A stretch of DNA of 64,000 bases, from positions 34,483 to 98,482 of the forward strand of contig JAZUBT010000037.1 of assembly GCA_045638685.1 (NCBI GenBank). The letters are read 5' to 3'. The position numbers and the translations under genes are program-made. The DNA is from Eubacteriales bacterium (GTDB taxonomy: Bacteria > Bacillota > Clostridia > Oscillospirales > CAG-272). Below, in pieces: positions 1 to 9,665 of the stretch; position 1 is the stretch's first letter, and the number at the start of each line of letters is the position of its first letter. A model generated the notes under the pieces. That model was not told where the DNA came from. It made no database searches and saw only the letters and a list, made by a program, of their open reading frames with translations.

Positions 1-186
1 AGAGGAAACGCTTGGATGCCTTTTCGTTCCTCGAAGAAGAACGCTTGCAAGAACGTTACACTCCGAGATGCTTTTATCGCTGAGCGGCAGTAAAAAGTTT
101 ACCGCAAAATAATTGTTTTTAAATTTATCGGTATTAATTATACCGAGAGTTACGCCTTTTCCAAGCGTTCTGTTTTCAACCTTCAT
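1..186 (-). CDS. M16 (insulinase/pitrilysin-like) family peptidase, N-terminal fragment running off the window edge
   Basis: Hand translation of the minus strand from the ATG at 186 gives MKVENRTLGKGVTLGIINTDKFKNNYFAVNFLLPLSDKSISECNVLASVLLRGT... and stays open to position 1. A GGAAGG Shine-Dalgarno-like motif lies about 8 nt upstream. The family call rests only on N-terminal resemblance. Confidence 0.4.
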   Translation of the reverse strand, partial: MKVENRTLGKGVTLGIINTDKFKNNYFAVNFLLPLSDKSISECNVLASVLLRGTKRHPSVSS

Positions 187-361
187 AACCGTGCCTTCCG
201 CAAACGTATATTATTTCGTATTATATTCTAACATACAATAATGTATAATTTAAGAACATTTTAAATAATAACTATTACTTTTTTATTTTTTAAGAGCACA
301 ACTTTCCCTTCGCTTCGACAAGCTTGTTTTTAAAACGACACCTTTGGCGGTATATCATATT

Positions 362-3300
362 TTATTTATGATTTTCCCCATAAAACCCACTTTCACCGCC
401 CCTCGTTTCAAAAACCTCTCCATCGATTTCTTTCGCGTTTTTCAGCCTGTCAAGACAGTGAATATAGAAAGGGTAGCGATATTCTTTTTTAAAAATTTTA
501 TCTTCTTCGGGCTTTTCTTCACCGAGGCCTCTCACACACACTCCACGCTCTCCCGGGTTTCCCTTATCCACGGTTCCCTCAAACACTCCTCGCTCTCCCG
601 ATTTTCCTTTACCCACGGGCTTCTCAAACACTCCACGCTCTCCCGATTTTCCTTTACCCACGGTTCCCTCAAATGCTCCTTGCTCCCCAGATTTTCCTTC
701 TCCGCTCCTACTTTCTCCGCTCCTCGTATATACAGCAGGGAGACAAATATCAAATATTTTTCTGTCCGAAAACTCCTCTGCGTACATTTTTGCCGCGAAA
801 GGCAGGCGCTCCCCTTTAAGCTCTCCCGCCTTAGTAAGAAAAATCATTTTCGAAAAAAAGGAACGCGGAACCTGTCTTTCGATAATTTTCCTTAGCTTAG
901 CCATAAAAAACTCCCCTCCGTCCTCTGATAATTTTTCGTCAAGAAATTCGGAAAGTATTTCGGCTTGGCACAGCTCCGTCTTAATTTCCGTCTTTATAGC
1001 CGCTTCACAGATTTCAAAAAAACCGTCCTCGGTTATCCTACTTTTCAGATACTCTTTTTCTCTCTCGTTTTTATAAACCTGCACCGCAAACAAGACGCCG
1101 TCCTCGGTTCCTTGCCTTATAACCGTCAGTTTTTCTCCGTTTGGAAGCTGCGCAGTCTCGCCCGTTTCTAAAACGGAGCCCTTTTCGGTCAAAAGAAAAA
1201 GCTCCGTCCCACTTCTGTATTTTACGTCGGAAAGAGTTACCCTCATAAGCTTTACCCGCAGCCTTGGCACAAAGGTCGTCATAACCGTTTTAATTTCGGT
1301 AAAGGGGTTTTTTATAAACTCTCCGTAGCTGACGTTCTTTCCGCTTTGCAGGAACGTGCAAAAGCCGTTTTTTAAATCTCCGCCTCCACATAGACTGTGA
1401 GAAAAGACAGAAGGGCGGGATTTAACGTTTGCTTTAAATCTCCCCATCTCCCTCGCCTCTTTCATAAGCTCCGAAAGAGTAGTTTCTGCCGCAAGCCTTC
1501 GTACAACGTAAGACGAACGCTTCACCTCGTCGCACCTTTCCCTGTCCCCACATAAAAAAATCTCAGCTTTATCACCAAACGTTTTTCTTGCCTTGGTAAA
1601 TGCGTAAGAGTTATCAAAAATTACGGAAACGGTGATTTCAGGAATTGCAGCCGACGCTCTGACAAGATTTTCAAGCAACAGAGAGCTATTTTTAACAATA
1701 TAGCATATTTTTACTACTTTATTATCATTATTAATAGGATTTTGTCTTATTAACTTTTCAAAATAGGCCATAAACGGAACAAGACTTGGGTTTGCGCCGC
1801 TTTGAAGCAAGCGTTCTTTTACAGGAGAAAGGCCCTGCTTTGACAGTAAAAAGCTTTCCTTCCCAACGGATCTTTTGTCTGTAAATACTCTCCTTATGCT
1901 CTGTTTTTCTCTATCTGTTCGCATTAAATACGAGCTTTTTGCTCTGAACACGGCCGCGCTTAGAAGAAAGTCCTTAATATTACCGCAAAAGCAAACGTTA
2001 CATGCTATTACGAGAACACAAAACGCGGTCTCTATATCCTCAAAATCATTTCCCTGCAAAAATATATCCGTTTCTTTTTCCGACAGCATAGCCTCCATAG
2101 ATCTCGGGATATAATATTTTTTATTCATGTCTGCAACCGCCCTTTTATAACACATTACAAGGTATATACTATCAATTTCAACAAACATTGACGATATGTG
2201 GGCTTTTAAATTTACACACATACTTTTTATCCGCAACACAGAAGACCAAAACACAGAGTAAAACCGCGCAAGGGCGGAATACGCCGATAATATAACGGTG
2301 AGCAAAAAAAGGAGCTTCCCTTTATCCCCTTTTTCATAACCGATAAACATTTTTTCATCTATTATATCAAGCAGTATATCGGACTTTTTCAGCAGCTCCT
2401 CCTCTCCCAAAAAATTAAACGCCCTCATTGCTACAAGCGCAACCAAGCACTCCGCCGCTTCCTCCGCATCCGTTACCGACACGCAGTCTTTTTCTATTAT
2501 TCCGGTAAACAACCGACTTGCGGCAAGCGCCGCGCGATATGCGAAACGGGAAAAACTCCTTTTTCTTTTAAACGGAGCTTCCTTATAACCGCCCTCTACG
2601 TTTTCCGGAATATTTAAAACGTAAACGCTTTTTAAAAGTACGCTTTCTCCCTTTGACGGCAAGCTGCTTTTTTTATCGCTCCCCTTAGTGTTTTTTTCTT
2701 TAATACCGTGCACTTTTCCTTTGATGCTACTTGCTTTTTCTTTGATATAAAGACCTTCCAGCGCAGAAAATCCATTCTTTTCTTTATTACTCAGCTTAAA
2801 ACGACCGTTTTTTGTATTTAAAAATAAAGCTTTGCCGTTGTCCTTCGCGTATTTTAACGGTCTAGTGCTGTATCCAATATCCGATGCATCTTTTAAATCT
2901 CCAACGCGCAGCGCGTTTTTTAAGAGTTTCGTATTATCCCCAACGCGCAGCACATCTTTTAACGGGTTCGCATTATCTCCAACGTATGGCGCGTCTTTTA
3001 ACGGGTTCGCATTATCTCCAACGTATGGCGCGTCTTTTATAAAAGGAAACACGTTTTTCCCCGTAATAACAGCGGTGTCAAGAAGCGCCTTAATTCCCCC
3101 TGCCTCAATCACGCCATTATACGCCGAAAAGTACAGATAATCGTAGCTCTCCGGCACCTCTCCGAGTGTAAAATAATACTCGGTATTTCCCGAAAGAAGA
3201 TCACTAAGCGCTCCGAAAGCCCCGTTTTCACAGCAAAACGCTGCGCTTTTCGTATGCTTTACGTTATAACGGCGCGCTCTTACTATTACAAAAAAACTGT

Positions 3301-3532
3301 CCTTATATTTTTTAGGAAGCGCTCCGTAGCATCTTGACACCGCCTCGGTTATCTCACGGTCTCCATACGATTTATAACACGGTGAATCGGGAAGATCAAT
3401 GACGGCTCCGTATATCGCGTTTTCAAAATAGTTAGACAAATGCAGAAAAAGCGCTTTATAAAACGCTTTTTCCACGCACAACGTTACGTTTCCGCTTATT
3501 TTTGTGAATACGGCAACCGCTATTTTTTTCAT
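362..3532 (-). CDS. Large (1056 aa) cytoplasmic hypothetical protein with two internal tandem-repeat arrays
   Basis: The ORF is uninterrupted for 3.2 kb with no signal peptide or TM segments. A GGGAAG RBS lies upstream of the ATG. It carries 13 aa repeats (KDAPYVGDNANPL) and 15 aa repeats (GKGKSGERGVFEGTV). I recognise no confident family motif. Confidence 0.85.
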   Translation of the reverse strand: MKKIAVAVFTKISGNVTLCVEKAFYKALFLHLSNYFENAIYGAVIDLPDSPCYKSYGDREITEAVSRCYGALPKKYKDSFFVIVRARRYNVKHTKSAAFCCENGAFGALSDLLSGNTEYYFTLGEVPESYDYLYFSAYNGVIEAGGIKALLDTAVITGKNVFPFIKDAPYVGDNANPLKDAPYVGDNANPLKDVLRVGDNTKLLKNALRVGDLKDASDIGYSTRPLKYAKDNGKALFLNTKNGRFKLSNKEKNGFSALEGLYIKEKASSIKGKVHGIKEKNTKGSDKKSSLPSKGESVLLKSVYVLNIPENVEGGYKEAPFKRKRSFSRFAYRAALAASRLFTGIIEKDCVSVTDAEEAAECLVALVAMRAFNFLGEEELLKKSDILLDIIDEKMFIGYEKGDKGKLLFLLTVILSAYSALARFYSVFWSSVLRIKSMCVNLKAHISSMFVEIDSIYLVMCYKRAVADMNKKYYIPRSMEAMLSEKETDIFLQGNDFEDIETAFCVLVIACNVCFCGNIKDFLLSAAVFRAKSSYLMRTDREKQSIRRVFTDKRSVGKESFLLSKQGLSPVKERLLQSGANPSLVPFMAYFEKLIRQNPINNDNKVVKICYIVKNSSLLLENLVRASAAIPEITVSVIFDNSYAFTKARKTFGDKAEIFLCGDRERCDEVKRSSYVVRRLAAETTLSELMKEAREMGRFKANVKSRPSVFSHSLCGGGDLKNGFCTFLQSGKNVSYGEFIKNPFTEIKTVMTTFVPRLRVKLMRVTLSDVKYRSGTELFLLTEKGSVLETGETAQLPNGEKLTVIRQGTEDGVLFAVQVYKNEREKEYLKSRITEDGFFEICEAAIKTEIKTELCQAEILSEFLDEKLSEDGGEFFMAKLRKIIERQVPRSFFSKMIFLTKAGELKGERLPFAAKMYAEEFSDRKIFDICLPAVYTRSGESRSGEGKSGEQGAFEGTVGKGKSGERGVFEKPVGKGKSGERGVFEGTVDKGNPGERGVCVRGLGEEKPEEDKIFKKEYRYPFYIHCLDRLKNAKEIDGEVFETRGGESGFYGENHK
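528..735. repeat. In-frame 45 bp tandem repeat, about 4 copies, in the C-terminal part of CDS 362..3532
   Basis: The plus strand repeats cactccacgctctcccgattttcctttacccacggttccctcaaa. The minus-strand translation is GKGKSGERGVFE(G/K)(T/P)V repeated. Confidence 0.9.
2880..3050. repeat. In-frame 39 bp tandem repeat, about 4 copies, in CDS 362..3532
   Basis: The unit tctccaacgtatggcgcgtcttttaacgggttcgcatta occurs twice nearly perfectly and twice in diverged form. It encodes the KDAPYVGDNANPL / KDVLRVGDNTKLL units. Confidence 0.9.
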
Positions 3533-3901
3533 TATCTTCCCGCGCCTTTCATTCTAAACTCTGTTTTCACGTTAATTTTAACCTTAAAAATTTATGTAAA
3601 CACGCTATGATTACCGTTAAACGACCTAAAAAGGCTTTCTTTTGCGTTTATTCTCGGCGGAATAAACTCTGTTTCCACAAAACCATAGGCCTTTTAAGAA
3701 AGCTCTGATACAATTCTTGCTGCGCCTCAACTAACCTAAATCTCTTTAGGCAAAACAAAAAACGCCGCACAAGGCTGTCTCCTATACAAAAATAAGAGCC
3801 TTTACCTTATTATGGCGTTTTTTTCTGTTTTTATTGACGCGCGGTATCTTTATTTTCTAACACCGTGTGAGTTAATAAGCTTTAGGCTAACGTAAATGTT
3901 T

Positions 3902-3985
3902 TTAGCTTTTAGCGCCTATAAAAAGCGCCATTACCAAAACACCGACCGCGCCGCCGAAGGCCGTACCTAAAATAAATCCAAGCAT
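3902..3985 (-). CDS. Candidate 27 aa hydrophobic glycine-zipper peptide (below the ORF-track cutoff)
   Basis: Hand translation gives MLGFILGTAFGGAVGVLVMALFIGAKS. A strong AAGGAGAA RBS sits 4 nt before the ATG. A long hairpin with a T-run lies downstream at about 3759-3826. The ORF stands alone in an 826 bp AT-rich spacer. Confidence 0.3.
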   Translation of the reverse strand: MLGFILGTAFGGAVGVLVMALFIGAKS

Positions 3986-4271
3986 ATCTTCTCCTTTATA
4001 TATTTTATGTACCTATCAAGGCTTTTGACAAGCGCTACTGCCTTTAAGCTATCTTTATTATAAAAATTAAAACCGTGTTTTTCTTTGCTGCGAAATCATA
4101 AATCCCGTTTCATTATTATAAACTAAAAATTATGTTTTGTCTTTACCTTAAAATTAAAAATTACGTTACTCGGTGGGAAATATAGCTGTAAGAATTTATA
4201 TTTACAAATAAAGTCTTGCCGCTTTTTCTGTAAATTATCCAAACCGAGGATTATTTTTTAATGCTGAAAAT

Positions 4272-4322
4272 CAAAATAAAAACGAGGCGCCGGTATAATC
4301 CGACACCTCGCTTTTGTTTTTT
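4272..4322. terminator. Rho-independent terminator (bidirectional shape) ending the ABC operon
   Basis: The hairpin cgaggcgccgg-tataat-ccgacacctcg is flanked by an A-run and a T-run. It lies 40 nt past the stop of CDS 4359..5423. Confidence 0.6.
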
Positions 4323-4358
4323 ATTCGTCCGTTTTAGGCATTTGACGTAACGCCGGCC

Positions 4359-5423
4359 TTAACCGGTAATACCGGAACGCTCGATACCCTCAACCAGATA
4401 TCTCTGGCAGAAAAGATATACTATAATCAGCGGAGCGATTATCATAAGACCAATGGTGTTCTGCGCTGCAGCCTCAGCGATTTCCTTCGCGTGCTCTGTG
4501 TTAAGAGACGGAATGCTTTTACCGATAAGGTGAGGAAGCAGATACATCTTACTGCTGTTATACAGAAGATCGGTATAGAACTTATCCGTCCACTGCCAGG
4601 AGAACGAGAACAGGAATATCGTTATCATCATAGGTACGGAAAGGGGAAGAACTATCTTAATGAAGGTTCTGAAAACACCCGAACCGTCTATATACGCCGA
4701 CTCTTCAAGCTCGTCGGGAACTCCTCTGAAGAACTGACGCATAAGGAAGATATATAGTCCGTTCTTAAACGCAAGGCCACCGAATGAAAGAATTATAAGC
4801 GGCCAGAGCGAACCCGTAAGGTCGATAGAGGTTATTCCGCCGAGAACGTTAAGCGACTCGTTCACACCGCCTCCAAGCAGGTTAAGTAAACCGTATATAT
4901 CAAAGTACTTGAACTTAACGAAAAGCGCGAGCTGAATCGTTGAGTGCGGTACTATCATGGTAAATACAACCATCATAAAGAGGAAGTTTGAACCGCGGAA
5001 CTTAAACTTAGCAAATCCGTATCCGATAACACTACATACAAACGTCTGTACCAAAGCGGTAACAAGCGAAAGAAGGAAGGTGTTAAAGAGCGCCTGGAAA
5101 TAGTGAAGATCCACTATAATAGCCTTATACGTATTAAGCGTCGGATATTTCGGTATAAGCTTAACCGTAACGTCAACGAAGTCCTTTTCGCCCATGAACG
5201 AAGCCATTATCTTCGAAAAGAAGGGGTAAAGGATGATGTAAGAAATTCCGAGGAGAAGAAGGAAGCGGAGCATACGCCAAAGAAGAAATCCAACGTATGA
5301 CATATTCAGATATTTAAGCTTCATTCTCTCAAGTCTGGAGGTTCTCTCAAAATCAACCGTAATTTTATTTTTGCTCTCCTTAAGTACCTTGGGAGCAGTA
5401 TTAACGTTGTTATCCATTTTCAA
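4359..5423 (-). CDS. Carbohydrate ABC transporter permease (MalG/CUT1-type), pair B
   Basis: The protein is multi-pass and carries the EAA loop motif EESAYIDGSGVFRTFIKIVLPLSVP. It is 12 nt downstream of the partner permease. Confidence 0.92.
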   Translation of the reverse strand: MKMDNNVNTAPKVLKESKNKITVDFERTSRLERMKLKYLNMSYVGFLLWRMLRFLLLLGISYIILYPFFSKIMASFMGEKDFVDVTVKLIPKYPTLNTYKAIIVDLHYFQALFNTFLLSLVTALVQTFVCSVIGYGFAKFKFRGSNFLFMMVVFTMIVPHSTIQLALFVKFKYFDIYGLLNLLGGGVNESLNVLGGITSIDLTGSLWPLIILSFGGLAFKNGLYIFLMRQFFRGVPDELEESAYIDGSGVFRTFIKIVLPLSVPMMITIFLFSFSWQWTDKFYTDLLYNSSKMYLLPHLIGKSIPSLNTEHAKEIAEAAAQNTIGLMIIAPLIIVYLFCQRYLVEGIERSGITG

Positions 5424-5435
5424 AAACCTCCTTTC

Positions 5436-6437
5436 TTAAGAATCTCTCTTTTGGTAGAATACATACGCTCTGAGCAGCAGCGCAACAACCGCAACCATAA
5501 CAATTATAACTGCGAAGTAGAGCCACGCCATCGCCGCGGAAATCGCCTGATCTTCATCAAGGTACATTTTACTTATGTACTTCATAACCGCGTTTGATTC
5601 GGATGTAAACGAGTCGATAACGGTATATATAGAGTTAACAAGTATCATCGGGCTTATCATGGGAAGGGTTATCTTCCAGAAGGTTTCCCACGTCGTCGCA
5701 CCGTCTATCGAGCAGGACTCATATATAGCGGGCGAAATTGACTGGAGCGCTGCGAGGAATACGAGCATCTGTACTCCGCAACGTTCTATGATACCCGATA
5801 TACTGTTAACAGCTCCGATAACGTAGGTCGCTATTTCTGTACCTATCTTCATGTTTTTAAACATAAGCTCTATACTATCTGCGCTTATACCAAATCCGCT
5901 TTCCGCAGCACCGGTATTAATACCCTGGCTTTGGTCTGCCATGTAATCGTTCAAATCGGAGGTGTTGCTTGCTATATGTGCCATAAGTCCGGTAGAACAG
6001 ATAACCGGTATAAAGAATATCGCTCTGAACGCCGCTCTTCCGAGAACCTTTTGGTTAAGTATTACCGCTACAAAGAGCGAGAATATTACTATAACCGGAA
6101 TGTCAATTACCATTCCCCTTATTCCCGATACCAGCGTTTTGGTGAAGCTAACGTCCTCAAACAGCGCCTTCTGATAGTTTTCGAGTCCCACGAACTCAAA
6201 GAGGTATCCGCCGGCCTGCGGCTTTATAGACGAAAGGGAGTATCTGAATGATTCTACTATAACGGGAATGTATATAATCAGAAGTCCGAGAATAAACGGA
6301 AGAACGAATATCCATCCGCTTTTCGCCTTTCTCTTATCAAGAGAGGCGGCTTTTCTGCGGCGCTTTTTCGTGTTTTTAGGACGCGGTGCCGCGGGTGCCT
6401 GTATTACTTCAGGCTGAAGTTTTGCTTCATTATCCAT
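5436..6437 (-). CDS. Sugar ABC transporter permease (MalF/CUT1-type), pair B, with a basic N-terminal extension
   Basis: It has TM segments and the EAA-like motif YESCSIDGATTWETFWKITLPMISP. The N-terminus is lysine/arginine rich (KNTKKRRRKAASLDKRKAKS). Confidence 0.92.
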   Translation of the reverse strand: MDNEAKLQPEVIQAPAAPRPKNTKKRRRKAASLDKRKAKSGWIFVLPFILGLLIIYIPVIVESFRYSLSSIKPQAGGYLFEFVGLENYQKALFEDVSFTKTLVSGIRGMVIDIPVIVIFSLFVAVILNQKVLGRAAFRAIFFIPVICSTGLMAHIASNTSDLNDYMADQSQGINTGAAESGFGISADSIELMFKNMKIGTEIATYVIGAVNSISGIIERCGVQMLVFLAALQSISPAIYESCSIDGATTWETFWKITLPMISPMILVNSIYTVIDSFTSESNAVMKYISKMYLDEDQAISAAMAWLYFAVIIVMVAVVALLLRAYVFYQKRDS

Positions 6438-6451
6438 TTTGCTACCTCCCT

Positions 6452-9400
6452 TTATTTATAAGATATTGTTTTGTCGGTGTTGGAATCAAAGAAATCCTTT
6501 GACTGAACCTCAAGCTTTGCCTCTGTACGGTTGCCTAATTCATCAAGCTTATAGACGGTTACTTCAACGTCGTAGTTGTTGTAGTTAAGAAGGAACCAAT
6601 GTCCGTTATCGTACTCAACGTAAACAACGCTTCCGTCATTTATCTCAAGGTTAATTCCCTTAAGAATCGCATTCTTGTATGACTCAAGCTTTTCATCGGT
6701 TTGCTCGGCATTATAAAGCTCGGTATAGAGCTTAATATCAGCTTCTATTGCCTTAATGTCATATCCGTAGTTAGCTAAAACCTGATTGCGCTCGTCAACA
6801 TCGGAATAGTCTTCTACTATTCTTTCGTAAACAACCTTATTCTGTTTTGCATTGAGAAGCTTTGTCTCGTACTCAGCAAGCTTTTCATCGCGCTGTCTCG
6901 TAGCGTCCTCTTCAATATTTTCTCTCTCTTCATCTGTGAGCTTACGCTTACAGTTTACGAAGATATGGTCGTTTATAAGAGACTCCTGAACGTCTGCAAG
7001 AGCATTATTAATCTTGTCGTAAAGTCCAACGGAAATAACGTTGCCGTTTTCATCGTAGGTAGTAAGGAGCCTCTCCTTCCAAATCTCGTATCTTATAGCA
7101 TAATACTTGGAAAGCTCGGTATCCTCTTTGAGTATCTCAACGTTATCGTAGGAGAGCATCATATAAAGCGTTGCTCCGTTTTCGATAATCTTAAGAAGCT
7201 CGTAGCTCATATCCCCCGCCATATTAGTAGGCTTTCCTGCGAATACAACGTAGCCGTGGAAGGTCATTCCGAAGAACGGTATTGCTTCACTGGCGCCGAG
7301 GTAACGGCTGGAATCAAGGGGCGCGTTAAGTACTACGGATGCATAAGGAATGGTATATGCGTTTCCGGAATCTACCATAACCGCTCCGTACTGCTCTTTA
7401 AGTCTTTCAAGAGTTTCGATGGTGAACTTCTTGGCGTCCTCGCGGTTGTACGGATCGTCCTCGTCAAAGTCAGAGTTAAGCTCCGAGCCGAGTGTTCCGG
7501 CAGATACAAACGTCTGCTTATCCTCAAGAACAGCGGTAAACGACTTGTTAAATCTGTCAAAGAGACTTCTGAATACGCTGGACGAAATACAAATCTTACC
7601 CGTTGTGGTAAACGTCTGAAGAACTGCGTCATAGGTTCTCTTTGTGGTATAACGGTCGTCAATGGTCTTTACCGCGTCGGTCTTATAGGAGAATCCGTCG
7701 AACGCCGCAGAATCGCTCATATAAACGAAATCGAAGTCGGGATATACGCCGATTCCCTTTTCCGCCGCAAAGGTAAGGAACTCTCTGAAGCCTGCGTTTC
7801 CGCCGGCTACTTTTTCAAACTTAACCTTTGAAGGAATTGTTGATTTCATTCCGCCGTTCGTGTATCCGGTAAGTCTGTAATTTATGTTTGTAATCGGTGC
7901 CTTTGCCGTTTCAAGCTCTGTGGTCATCGCTTCGAGATCGGCAAAGGATGTAAGAGCCTTTTTAACTGTTACGGGAATACTGAGTACCGTTTCGTCGGTT
8001 TCGGTTACACCGAATGCCTCGATGTAAAGCGGTATATCCTCTTTAGCATCTTCTATACGCTTTATGTCTCCCTTCTTTTGAAGGAAGTCTCTGTATGCCT
8101 TTGCCATTCCAACGTAACTTGCGTCGTAATACGTTCTTTCGGTGTTGGATCTCGGACAGTTGGCATCGGTAAGCATTATATAATTAATTCTGAAAGAATC
8201 GGTATATTTACGGTCCGAAACAACGGTAAACGTATCGCTTCCGCTGATTGAAATCGCTTCGGCAAGGTTATACTGGTCCTGAGGTCTCGGAGCAAGCTTA
8301 CAGTAAGCTGAGTTATACATGAACTTGCTGTCGCCCTCGTGGTTGGTGAATATACTTGCAAGAGCGTCTCCCTCTGTAACTATCGCAAGGTATCCCGTAG
8401 AATACGCCTTATCGGTAGTGCCGGGAACGGTCGCTACCTCTGCTCTCTTCTCGTTAGTGGTAACAACACCGAATACAGGCATTCTGAATACCTCTTGCTT
8501 TGCGTTACCTATCTCCTGATACGCGTAGTCCTGTCCGTACACCATTCCGCCTCTGTTATAGTAGCTGGAAACGTCTTCGAATCTTACAAGCGCGCCGGAG
8601 CCGTCGGGGAAGAAGGTGTAGCCGTTGTAGTTACTCGGTCCTGCTCCCATATACTTAAGAAGGGTTATATCGGTAAGCTGGTAGTTACTTTCGTCAAAGG
8701 TAAGTCCGTTTGCGGGGAATCTTACCTCTACTCCAACGTCGGTAATGTAATACTCAAGAGCCATCTTGAAGTTAGCGGGGGCAACCTCGCTTCCCTCATA
8801 GCCTGCTTCCTTGTGGTCCTTGTCAAGCTCCTCGAAGGTGTAGTCGGGGCAGTAGCGTCTGATTATAGACTCAAGCTGCTTCTTTTCACGGCCAACCGTA
8901 TTCTCGTGGAGAAGATATAAGTTTTTCTCTTTAAGAATGGGGTATTTTTCAATCTTGCTGGAGTATCTGTTATATAGGCTATAGAATGCTTTGAGCTTCG
9001 AATAAGGTGTAGTTGCGTCATCGGTATCCGGGAACTCTTTAAGAAGCGGAGCGAGTATCATTTCCTTAAATCTCGTCTCGGTTATTGCCATCGGAAGAAG
9101 AATACGGGATTCTTCCTGTCCTATGGAGTATTCTACACGAACACCGCCCTTAAGCTTTCTTACGCTAATCTGGTTAAGAAGAGCCGAATCCTCGAAAGAG
9201 TTGTAGGTTCCCGCAGTACCGCTGATGGTGGAATAGTTTATAATTACCTGGCTGAGAAGATCTACCTTTCTGTCAAAGGATATACGGTTATCCTCCGCGG
9301 TATCGTAAGGAGTTGTGAAAAGTACGTTTCCGGTACTTCTGTCCTTAAGAGCTACCTCTCCGGTAATTCCATCTACGTAAAGGTCGAAGTCACCCTTCGT

Positions 9401-9658
9401 GTAGTAAAGCTCCATTGCGGAAAGTCTTGCTTCCTCGGTGAGGAACTTTGTCTTTCTGTCCGGATTGCCGATCTTGGTATAGTATTCCTCATAATATTTG
9501 GAATCAAACTTTAAAGAGTTTTCGTTAATCTCTCCCTCCGCCGCCATTACGGGAAGCAACGATAAGGTTGCAAGCAACGTGATTACGGTTAAGAACGCAA
9601 GGAAGCCTGACAATGTTCTGTTAAATATTCTTTTAGTACTGTTTCTCATTTTTGTCAT
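6452..9658 (-). CDS. 1068 aa secreted or anchored protein of unknown function (possibly DUF5696-like, possible glycan-active enzyme)
   Basis: It has an N-terminal signal or anchor (LSGFLAFLTVITLLATLSLLPVMAAEG) and no other TM segment. The C-terminal stretch is charged and coiled-coil-like (TDEERENIEEDATRQRDEKLAEYETKLLNAKQNK). It is embedded in the sugar ABC operon. The DUF5696 resemblance is from memory only. Confidence 0.85.
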   Translation of the reverse strand: MTKMRNSTKRIFNRTLSGFLAFLTVITLLATLSLLPVMAAEGEINENSLKFDSKYYEEYYTKIGNPDRKTKFLTEEARLSAMELYYTKGDFDLYVDGITGEVALKDRSTGNVLFTTPYDTAEDNRISFDRKVDLLSQVIINYSTISGTAGTYNSFEDSALLNQISVRKLKGGVRVEYSIGQEESRILLPMAITETRFKEMILAPLLKEFPDTDDATTPYSKLKAFYSLYNRYSSKIEKYPILKEKNLYLLHENTVGREKKQLESIIRRYCPDYTFEELDKDHKEAGYEGSEVAPANFKMALEYYITDVGVEVRFPANGLTFDESNYQLTDITLLKYMGAGPSNYNGYTFFPDGSGALVRFEDVSSYYNRGGMVYGQDYAYQEIGNAKQEVFRMPVFGVVTTNEKRAEVATVPGTTDKAYSTGYLAIVTEGDALASIFTNHEGDSKFMYNSAYCKLAPRPQDQYNLAEAISISGSDTFTVVSDRKYTDSFRINYIMLTDANCPRSNTERTYYDASYVGMAKAYRDFLQKKGDIKRIEDAKEDIPLYIEAFGVTETDETVLSIPVTVKKALTSFADLEAMTTELETAKAPITNINYRLTGYTNGGMKSTIPSKVKFEKVAGGNAGFREFLTFAAEKGIGVYPDFDFVYMSDSAAFDGFSYKTDAVKTIDDRYTTKRTYDAVLQTFTTTGKICISSSVFRSLFDRFNKSFTAVLEDKQTFVSAGTLGSELNSDFDEDDPYNREDAKKFTIETLERLKEQYGAVMVDSGNAYTIPYASVVLNAPLDSSRYLGASEAIPFFGMTFHGYVVFAGKPTNMAGDMSYELLKIIENGATLYMMLSYDNVEILKEDTELSKYYAIRYEIWKERLLTTYDENGNVISVGLYDKINNALADVQESLINDHIFVNCKRKLTDEERENIEEDATRQRDEKLAEYETKLLNAKQNKVVYERIVEDYSDVDERNQVLANYGYDIKAIEADIKLYTELYNAEQTDEKLESYKNAILKGINLEINDGSVVYVEYDNGHWFLLNYNNYDVEVTVYKLDELGNRTEAKLEVQSKDFFDSNTDKTISYK

Positions 9659-9665
9659 CCTCCTT

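Noticed and set aside
344-895. 183 aa plus-strand ORF with repetitive SRFSFTHGSLKHS units
   Set aside because: It is the antisense reading of the 45 bp in-frame repeat of the much longer minus-strand CDS 362..3532.
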